DNA of 32,000 nucleotides. It comes from Phycisphaera mikurensis NBRC 102666 (GTDB taxonomy: Bacteria > Planctomycetota > Phycisphaerae > Phycisphaerales > Phycisphaeraceae). How positions within the stretch are numbered: position 1 is the first letter of the stretch; each line of letters begins with the position of its first letter. Below, in pieces: positions 22,107 to 32,000 of the stretch. Position numbers and translations under genes: made by a program. The stretch spans positions 2,490,001-2,522,000 of the forward strand of contig NC_017080.1 of NCBI RefSeq assembly GCF_000284115.1, read 5' to 3'. Below the pieces are notes generated by a model. That model was not told the origin of the DNA and ran no database searches. It saw nothing but the letters and a program-made list of their open reading frames with translations.

Positions 22107-22632
22107 CGCCGAACAGCGTAGAAGCCCCGCCACGCGGGCCCGCCTCGCGGTCCAGCAGCCACCGCTTCATCGCCAACCCCGCGGCGAAGCCCGTCAGCGC
22201 GCCGCCCCGGCCGAGGACCCGGTGGCACGGGACGACGACCAGCCACGGGTTCGCCCCGAGCGCCGCCCCGACCGCCCGCGCGGCCGCCGGCCGGCCCAGA
22301 CGCGACGCGAGCTCGCCGTAGGTGATCGTCTGGCCGTGCGGGACCTCCCGCGTGGCCGCCCAGACCTCGCGCTGAAAGGCCGTGCCACGCGTCGCCAGCT
22401 CCCACCCGCCGAAACCGCGGACCGAGCCCCGGAAGAAGCCGCGGAGGTCGCGGTCCGCGGAAAGCATCGCCACGCGGTCGGTGCTCTCCACCGCTCCCGC
22501 CGGCCCCGCGGCGTCCGCCGTCGCCTCCCCCCGCGCCCGCGGCCGCACCGCCCAGATCCTCGCCGCCCGCACCTCGACCACCAGCCGCGGGATCGGTCCG
22601 CCCGTCGCCACGCCGCACCGCAGGTCGTCCAT
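22099..22632 (-). CDS. ogt: Methylated-DNA--[protein]-cysteine S-methyltransferase (Ogt/MGMT)
   Basis: TAFQREVWAATREVPHGQTITYGELASRLGRPAAARAVGAALGANPWLVVVPCHRVLG. The sequence reads on the minus strand (ATG at 22630-22632, TGA at 22099-22101), although the provided track labels the enclosing ORF 22099..23301 as plus. Confidence 0.92.
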   Translation of the reverse strand: MDDLRCGVATGGPIPRLVVEVRAARIWAVRPRARGEATADAAGPAGAVESTDRVAMLSADRDLRGFFRGSVRGFGGWELATRGTAFQREVWAATREVPHGQTITYGELASRLGRPAAARAVGAALGANPWLVVVPCHRVLGRGGALTGFAAGLAMKRWLLDREAGPRGGASTLFGDA

Positions 22633-22758
22633 CCGCTCAGTGTGCCGCGCAAGCCGGCTTCCCGCCGGAGGTCGTGATGGCGCACCGGCCGGCGGCCCGA
22701 TGGCCGTACCCTGCGCTTCCGTTTCCCCCGAGAACCCCGGCCGCTTGCCCCCCACCCG

Positions 22759-23379
22759 ATGCCTCAGCCCGCCTTCCCCTCCACGTACTACCGCTGGCGC
22801 CCGCACCCCTGGCACGGCCTCGAGCCCGGCATCGAGCCGCCGATCCGCATGCAGGCCTACATCGAGATCACGCCCTTCGACCAGGTGAAGTACGAGACCT
22901 CCAAGACCACCGGCTACCTGCGCGTCGACCGCCCGCAACGCAGCAGCTCGCAGCCGCCCGCGCTCTACGGCTTCTTCCCGCGGACCTACTGCGGCGACCG
23001 GGTGACGAAGCTCTCGCCCAACGCGCAGTGCGGCGACGGCGACCCCCTGGACGTCTGCGTCATCTCCGAGCAGCCCATCAACCGCGGCGACGTGCTGGTG
23101 CACACCCGCGTGATCGGCGGCCTCCGCTGCGTCGACGGCGACGAGGCCGACGACAAGATCATCGCCATCCTCGAGGGCGACAACATCTGGGCCGACGTCG
23201 ACTGCATCTCCGACCTGCCCGACGTGCTCGTCGAGCGGCTCCGCCACTACTTCGGCACCTACAAGATGATCCCGGGCCAGCCCAGCCAGATGGAGGTCCA
23301 CGAAACCTACGACCAGGACAAGGCGACCGAGGTGATCCTCGCCTCGATGGAGGATTACGCCGAAGAATTCGGCAGCTGA
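22759..23379 (+). CDS. ppa: Inorganic pyrophosphatase (family I)
   Basis: [71 protein letters not shown]. Confidence 0.93.
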   Translation: MPQPAFPSTYYRWRPHPWHGLEPGIEPPIRMQAYIEITPFDQVKYETSKTTGYLRVDRPQRSSSQPPALYGFFPRTYCGDRVTKLSPNAQCGDGDPLDVCVISEQPINRGDVLVHTRVIGGLRCVDGDEADDKIIAILEGDNIWADVDCISDLPDVLVERLRHYFGTYKMIPGQPSQMEVHETYDQDKATEVILASMEDYAEEFGS

Positions 23380-23479
23380 GGGCGGGGCCCCGCGCCGGGC
23401 GTCGGGGCGGGGCGCAACGGGCGTCGGCCACGCGGGAAGCGCTGCGCCCGGGCCTTCCGATGGGGTCTAGCGTCCGGCC

Positions 23480-24352
23480 ATGCAAGACCCCCGCACCCGA
23501 TTTCCTCAGCCGCCCTTCGAGAACCAGAAGCCGTTCGAGATGCCCGGCTCGACGTCGAAGATGGACCCGACGCCCGATCACGGCGAGTCCTCCTACACCG
23601 GCTCCGGCAAGCTCAAGGGCCACCGGGCGCTGATCACCGGCGGCGACTCCGGGATCGGCCGGGCCGTGGCGATCTGCTACGCCAAGGAGGGCGCCGACGT
23701 GATGCTCAACGCCCTCTCCGAGAGCGACGACCTCACCGCCGCCGCGGCCGAGTGCCGCCTCCACGGCGGCAAGGTCGAGACCTCGCTCGGCGACCTGCGC
23801 CAGGAGTCCTTCTGCAAGGAGCTCGTGCAGCAGACCGTCTCGAAGCTCGGCGGCCTCGACGTGCTCGTCAACAACGCCGCCTACCAGGAGGTGCGCGAGT
23901 CGGTCGACGACGTCGAGAGCGAGCTCTTCGACCGCATCATGAAGACCAACGTGTACGCGCCCTTCTGGCTCTCCAAGGAGGCACTGAACCACATCGGGGC
24001 CGGCGGCTCCATCATCAACACGACGAGCATCCAGGGCTTCGACCCCACGCCGAGCCTGCTCCCTTACGCGACCACCAAGAGCGCGCTGCTGGGGATGACC
24101 AAGGCCCTCGCCGGCATGGCGATCGAGAAGGGCGTCCGGGTCAACTCGGTTGCCCCCGGACCGGTCTGGACGCCGTTCATCCCCGGCTCCATGCCCGAGG
24201 CGCAGGTGCAGAAGTTCGGCGGCAGCACCGCCTTCGGCCGCCCGGCGCAGCCCGTGGAGATGGCCGTGATGTACGTCTGGCTCGCCAGCGCGGACGCGTC
24301 CTACGTCACCGGCGAGACCTTCGGCGGCACCGGCGGGAAGATGCCGCTCTAG
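23480..24352 (+). CDS. Short-chain dehydrogenase/reductase (general stress / YghA-like)
   Basis: GKLKGHRALITGGDSGIGRAVAICYAKEGADV, VLVNNAAYQ, SIINTTSIQGFDPTPSLLPYATTKSALLGMTKALA, GVRVNSVAPGPVWTP, YVTGETFGGTGG. Confidence 0.95.
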   Translation: MQDPRTRFPQPPFENQKPFEMPGSTSKMDPTPDHGESSYTGSGKLKGHRALITGGDSGIGRAVAICYAKEGADVMLNALSESDDLTAAAAECRLHGGKVETSLGDLRQESFCKELVQQTVSKLGGLDVLVNNAAYQEVRESVDDVESELFDRIMKTNVYAPFWLSKEALNHIGAGGSIINTTSIQGFDPTPSLLPYATTKSALLGMTKALAGMAIEKGVRVNSVAPGPVWTPFIPGSMPEAQVQKFGGSTAFGRPAQPVEMAVMYVWLASADASYVTGETFGGTGGKMPL

Positions 24353-24514
24353 CAGGCCGCTGCAGAACCTCGCGTCAGGCGAGAGCGCGGCAGAATCGTG
24401 TCTCGCGAGGAGAGCGGGACCCGCGTAGCCGTCTACTACGTGGGTTACGCTCGACGAAGTGAGACGCGATTCTGCCCGCTCGCAGCCCCGATGGGGTTCT
24501 GCAGCGGCCTGCTA
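24350..24514. mobile_element. MITE-like nested palindromic element 1 (TA-bounded, no ORF)
   Basis: Perfect 23 bp inverted repeat CTCTAGCAGGCCGCTGCAGAACC (24347-24369) / GGTTCTGCAGCGGCCTGCTAGAG (24495-24517). Nested pair GGCAGAATCGTGTCTC (24389-24404) / GAGACGCGATTCTGCC (24461-24476); inner pair 24423-24430/24443-24450. Confidence 0.72.
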
Positions 24515-24546
24515 GAGGTTGGAGGGCTGGCGGCCGGGGTGTGGCT

Positions 24547-25335
24547 TCACCGCCCCGGGGAAACGACGACGTTGTCGTGCCCGCAGACGATGAGGTCCGC
24601 GATCTCGATCGCGTCGACCAGGCTCTCCTGCGCCTTGGCGGTGTCGTAGCACCCGCGGAGCACGCGGCCGGACTCGAGGTGCTCCTGCGTGGGGACCGTG
24701 TCGCCGGCGACCAGGACAGTGCGGCCAGGCTTGATCAGCAGCAAGCCGCAGGTGCCCGGCGTGAAGCCGGGGCCGGGGAAGAGGTCGACGTTGGGCGCGA
24801 GCGCGTCCGTCGCGGCGGTGCAGCGGCGGAGGACGTTGATCTCCTCCTGCAGCAGCCGTTTGTTGGCCTCGTCCTCCTCCTCCTGGAAGCGGGCGAGCAG
24901 GGCCCGGCCGACGGCCTCGCGCTCGGGCTCGAAGAGCGTCCACTCCGCGTCCGGGAACGCCTCGAGCCCGCGGCGGTGGGACGGGCGGAAGTTCGTGAGA
25001 AAGACGACGTCGATGTCCGGGGGCCGCAGCCCGCTGCGCTCCGCCAGCCGGGCCGTCACCACGCGGCCGGGCAAGCCCGGATCGACGAGGATGTTCTTGC
25101 CCCCGCTGCGGACGAGCACCGTCGTCGCGTGCGCCGCCCCGGGCTGCTCGGCCTCGGGCGGCCAGAGCTCGTTGGTGGAGAGGGCTCCGATGGAGATGAC
25201 GCGGTGGTTCAAAACGTTCCGCTGCGCGGTTCGAGGAAAGAAGGCTCGGGATCTCGAGCGGCGGGACCCCACCTTCGACGTGGAGCTTCCGATCTCGCTC
25301 TGGAGCCGCTCCCGGGCAGGAGCGGACCCGACCAT
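24547..25335 (-). CDS. Metallo-beta-lactamase-fold protein with degenerate metal-binding motif (start uncertain)
   Basis: TTVLVRSGGKNILVDPGLPG, VVFLTNFRPSHRRGLEAF in the HxHxDH position, VLVAGDTVPTQEHLESG, ADLIVCGHDNVVV. Homologous part appears to begin near 25210. Confidence 0.75.
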   Translation of the reverse strand: MVGSAPARERLQSEIGSSTSKVGSRRSRSRAFFPRTAQRNVLNHRVISIGALSTNELWPPEAEQPGAAHATTVLVRSGGKNILVDPGLPGRVVTARLAERSGLRPPDIDVVFLTNFRPSHRRGLEAFPDAEWTLFEPEREAVGRALLARFQEEEDEANKRLLQEEINVLRRCTAATDALAPNVDLFPGPGFTPGTCGLLLIKPGRTVLVAGDTVPTQEHLESGRVLRGCYDTAKAQESLVDAIEIADLIVCGHDNVVVSPGR

Positions 25336-25340
25336 ACCGC

Positions 25341-25922
25341 TCAGGTCCCCTCCGCCTGGTCGACGTGCCGCCACGGCAGCTTGCCGCCGAGCGCCCGCTT
25401 CTTCTCTTCGAGCTTCTCGAGCACCTCCGGGGGGAGCAGCTTGGCGAGGCGCGAGGTGTCGCCGGCGCTGGCGATCTGCTTGATCAAGGTGGAACTGGTG
25501 AAGGCGTGCACCTCGCCGGTCATGATGAAGACGGTCTCCACGTCCGCGATCGCCCGGTTGGTGAGGGCGAGCTGGAACTCGAAGTTCAGGTCCGTCACGT
25601 TGCGGATCCCGCGCAGAATCGCGACGGCACCGATGTCGCGGGCGTAGTCGACGGTCAGCCCCGCGAAGGCGTCGACGCGGACGTTGGTGCCCGCCACGAG
25701 CCGGCCGATCATCGCGATCCGCTCGTCCACGCTGAAGACCTCCCGCTTCGCGGGGTTCCGCCCGATGGCGACCACCAGCTCGTCGAAGAGGTGCCGGCCC
25801 CGGTGGATCACGTCGAGGTGCCCGTTGGTCAGCGGGTCGAAGCTCCCCGGGAACAGCCCCACCCGGTGCGGCCGCGGAGGAGATCCCGCGGACCGCGGCC
25901 GGTTTTCGCTGTGTTCGCTCAC
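25341..25922 (-). CDS. coaD: Phosphopantetheine adenylyltransferase
   Basis: VGLFPGSFDPLTNGHLDVIHRG, AILRGIRNVTDLNFEFQLALTNRAI, TSSTLIKQIA. Confidence 0.95.
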   Translation of the reverse strand: MSEHSENRPRSAGSPPRPHRVGLFPGSFDPLTNGHLDVIHRGRHLFDELVVAIGRNPAKREVFSVDERIAMIGRLVAGTNVRVDAFAGLTVDYARDIGAVAILRGIRNVTDLNFEFQLALTNRAIADVETVFIMTGEVHAFTSSTLIKQIASAGDTSRLAKLLPPEVLEKLEEKKRALGGKLPWRHVDQAEGT

Positions 25923-25993
25923 GGTCCGCGGAAGCTAACGGCTCATCCGCCGCCGCGGAGCCCGTGGGGCCCGCAACGGCCCGCCCGACCGCT

Positions 25994-28792
<2,799 letters not shown>

Positions 28793-28914
28793 TTAGCAGA
28801 TTTCGAGGCGGTCCGGGGGCGGCGGACGCCGCGGCGAGCCGCTGGAACGCGGAGCCGAAGCCGCCGCCAGCGGGGTCGGGCGGCGCGGCCCGAGCCACCC
28901 GGTATCGTTCCCGG

Positions 28915-29319
28915 ATGCCCCCGCTCCTGCTCGCCGAAGCCGAAACCCTGGCGCTCTACGGCCCGCTTCTGCTGCTGCTGTTCGCGGCGATCGGCTTCGG
29001 CTTCGGCAACCTCCTGCTCACGCACCTCTTCGGGCCGCGACGCAAGGAGACCCGCAAGGGGCTGGTGTACGAGTCGGGCATGAACCCGATCGGCGACACC
29101 AAGAAGCGGTTCAACGTCCGCTTCTTCGTGGTGGCGATGACCTTCCTGCTCTTCAGCATCGAGATCGCGTTCCTGCACCCCTGGGCGAGCGTCTTCGGGG
29201 CGCTCTCGGCGGAGAGCGGCCTGCACGGCGTCTTCCTCGCCAGGATGCTGTTCTTCGTGCTCACCAGCGTCATCGCCTTCGCCTACGCCTGGCGGAAGGG
29301 CGTCTTCCGCTACGACTGA
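28915..29319 (+). CDS. nuoA: NADH-quinone oxidoreductase subunit A
   Basis: GLVYESGMNPIGDTKKRFNVRFFVVAMTFLLFSIEIAFLHPWA matches the YECG...RFsVRFylvAmlFilFDvEi.FlyPWA signature; three hydrophobic segments. Confidence 0.9.
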   Translation: MPPLLLAEAETLALYGPLLLLLFAAIGFGFGNLLLTHLFGPRRKETRKGLVYESGMNPIGDTKKRFNVRFFVVAMTFLLFSIEIAFLHPWASVFGALSAESGLHGVFLARMLFFVLTSVIAFAYAWRKGVFRYD

Positions 29320-29334
29320 GGGATCCGCTCCAGC

Positions 29335-29611
29335 GCAGGCCGGACCGCCACGCGGTCCGGAACCGCTGCACAGCAGCGGCTCAGGTGCGGCGAGTGCTCC
29401 CGACACCGAACCGCCGATCGAGCGGCGGGCGAGAACCTTGCAACACCGGCCGCTTGGGAAGGCTTCCCGGAGGGACCACCACAACGCTCCCGCGCCAGCC
29501 GCTTTGAGCTGTCAGCCGCTTTGCGTTCCCGCCCTGCACATCCCAGCAGCTTTGCCGCACCTGGCCACCCGCTGCGCGGGTGTTCCGGACCGCGTGGCGG
29601 TCCGGCCTGCG
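29335..29611. repeat. Long inverted repeat with self-palindromic arms in the nuoA-rpsB intergenic region
   Basis: 29335-29363 GCAGGCCGGACCGCCACGCGGTCCGGAAC is the exact reverse complement of 29582-29610 GTTCCGGACCGCGTGGCGGTCCGGCCTGC. Each arm also folds as CCGGACCGC-CAC-GCGGTCCGG or its complement. Confidence 0.85.
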
Positions 29612-29944
29612 GTTGGAGGTCTTCGGCTTCGCCACACCGGGCGGTGGTGGGGAAGCTGGTTCCGACCCTCGGCGGATTTGCGGCTTTCAGCCCTCCCGGT
29701 ATCCTGGCGCGCGGCGGGATCCACGATGGGCGTGGATCGCGACCACACGCGCCCCAGCCGGGGCTTGAACGCCGGTCCGCGGACCGGCCCAACCCAGGAC
29801 CCTCCGGGTCCGGCTCCTCCCTCCCGGGCGGCTCGTTTCCGACCATCGAGTTCTCGATCGCGTCGGCTGGAAAGCCTCCCAACCAGTTGAAACGCCCGAG
29901 ACCGGGACCCCACCGGTCGGGCACCCCCAAGGACCTCCGCCTCC

Positions 29945-30910
29945 ATGGCCGACAGCACCCCCGCCTCTCCCGCTTCCTCGTCCCCGGCCTCGCTCGTCAA
30001 GAGCCTGATCGACGCGGGCATCCACTTCGGCCACCGCGCCAACTCGTGGAACCCGAAGATGACGCCGTACATCTTCGGCAAGCGGAACCGCATCCACATC
30101 ATCGACGTGAAGGAGACCATCAAGGGCCTCCTGCTGGCCCGCAAGTTCATCACCAAGGAAGTCGCGGCCGGCAAGGACGTGCTCTTCGTGGGCACGAAGC
30201 GCCAGGCCCGCTCGATCGTGGAGAGCCACGTCAAGGAGTGCGGGATGCACTACGTGACGGAGCGCTGGCTCGGCGGCACGCTGACGAACTTCTCAACGAT
30301 CCGCCAGCGCCTCAAGCGTCTCGAGGAGCTCGAGCAGCTCGAGGAATCCGGTGAGATCGCCAACTACTCCAAGAAGATGGAGGCGACGCTTAACCGGGAG
30401 AAGTCCAAGATCAAGCGGAACCTCGAGGGCATCCGCAACATGGGGAAGCTACCCGGCCTCATGGTCATCATCGACGTGAACGCCGAGCAGAACGCCGTGA
30501 AGGAAGCCCGCAAGCTGGGCATCCCGATCGTGGCCCTGCTCGACACCGACTCCAACCCCGACGACGCCGACATCGCCATCCCCGGCAACGACGACGCGAT
30601 GCGGGCGATCGAGATCGTCGTCGATCAACTCGCCCGGGCCGCCAACGAGGGCCGCGGCAAGCGGCCGCAGTCGGCGCCCTCGGCCGAGGGCATGGTCGAC
30701 GGCGACGGCAACCAGGCCCCGGGCGATCCCCGCGGCCCCAAGGGCCCGGGCGGCCGCCGCAGCAACCGCGCCCAGTTCAGCGCGAAGGACACGCCCGGCG
30801 AGACGGCCGAGGAGGCCCAGGGCGGCACCGCCGCCGAGCCGATCGACGACGGCAAGGTCGACGGCGCAACCGCCGACAAGCCGGCTCATCAGCCCGCCGC
30901 GACGGTCTGA
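29945..30910 (+). CDS. rpsB: 30S ribosomal protein S2
   Basis: LIDAGIHFGHRANSWNPKMTPYIFGKRNRIHIIDV, DVLFVGTKRQARSIV, YVTERWLGGTLTNFSTI, GIPIVALLDTDSNPDDADIAIPGNDDAMRAI; extended low-complexity C-terminus. Confidence 0.97.
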   Translation: MADSTPASPASSSPASLVKSLIDAGIHFGHRANSWNPKMTPYIFGKRNRIHIIDVKETIKGLLLARKFITKEVAAGKDVLFVGTKRQARSIVESHVKECGMHYVTERWLGGTLTNFSTIRQRLKRLEELEQLEESGEIANYSKKMEATLNREKSKIKRNLEGIRNMGKLPGLMVIIDVNAEQNAVKEARKLGIPIVALLDTDSNPDDADIAIPGNDDAMRAIEIVVDQLARAANEGRGKRPQSAPSAEGMVDGDGNQAPGDPRGPKGPGGRRSNRAQFSAKDTPGETAEEAQGGTAAEPIDDGKVDGATADKPAHQPAATV

Positions 30911-30944
30911 GCCCCGGACGCTGCCGAGTCTGAACCCCAAGCAT

Positions 30945-30982
30945 CCGCCGCGGGCCCGGTCGACGCCGGGCCGGCGGCTTTT
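30945..30982 (+). terminator. Rho-independent terminator or attenuator between rpsB and tsf
   Basis: CCGCCG(CGG)GCCCGG-TCGACG-CCGGGCCGGCGG followed by CTTTT: 12 bp stem with 3 nt bulge and short T-tract. Confidence 0.6.
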
Positions 30983-31033
30983 CTGCCGCAGGGCAGAGCC
31001 TTCCCACGAACCCCAAGACAGGAGTCCCTCCCC

Positions 31034-31858
<825 letters not shown>

Positions 31859-32000
31859 GGACGGGGCCGTCGCGGGTCGATGCTTCTCACGAGCAGGACC
31901 GACCGCAGATGCCCGCAGATCGAAGGGCAGATGGAAGGGCAGGTGGGAGAGCAGATGAGATGAAGCAGGCCTCCTCGGAGCTCCCGCTGCAGTCCGTCCC

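Noticed and set aside
22099-23301. 400 aa ORF labelled plus in the supplied track
   Set aside because: The translation matches the minus strand (GTG at 23299-23301, TGA at 22099-22101). Only the last ~177 aa are MGMT; the first part is antisense to ppa. Re-annotated as 22099..22632 minus.
29310-29930. Overlapping ORFs in the nuoA-rpsB spacer (29310..29930, 29438..29890, 29521..30354)
   Set aside because: No domain motifs, conflicting frames, and they run through palindromic repeats; treated as non-coding.

Overview
High-GC chromosomal window, gene content consistent with a planctomycete such as a Phycisphaera-type lineage (lineage is inference). It is mostly ordinary housekeeping and metabolic genes: family-10-like glycosyl hydrolase with a PEP-CTERM tail (partial), response regulator, PAS histidine kinase, FtsK/SpoIIIE-like ATPase, lacZ, metY, an MNT/HepT-like pair, an alkaline phosphatase-superfamily protein, cysH, a glycosyltransferase, ettA, gcvT, MGMT (ogt), ppa, an SDR, an MBL-fold protein, coaD, gyrB, nuoA, rpsB and tsf. 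No rRNA, tRNA, CRISPR array or intact transposase was recognised. The most interesting signals are: (1) two ~160 bp nested-palindrome elements (21271-21428 and 24350-24514). Each is bounded by TA and placed so that the TAG stop codon of a neighbouring gene is TA plus the first base of the element. This looks like a Tc1/IS630-type MITE family that lands on stop codons; (2) a second palindromic repeat family directly 3' of cysH and of the glycosyltransferase gene, with a partial copy between them; (3) a minimal MNT/HepT-like pair in which the nucleotidyltransferase has lost its GS and DxD signatures and HepT has lost its Arg but kept H-x-Y; (4) a coiled-coil, membrane-anchored FtsK/EssC-like ATPase with apparently one live and two degenerate ATPase modules, tightly linked to a histidine kinase and response regulator; (5) an MBL-fold protein with a degenerated HxHxDH motif; (6) a ~30 bp perfect inverted repeat between an isolated nuoA and rpsB.
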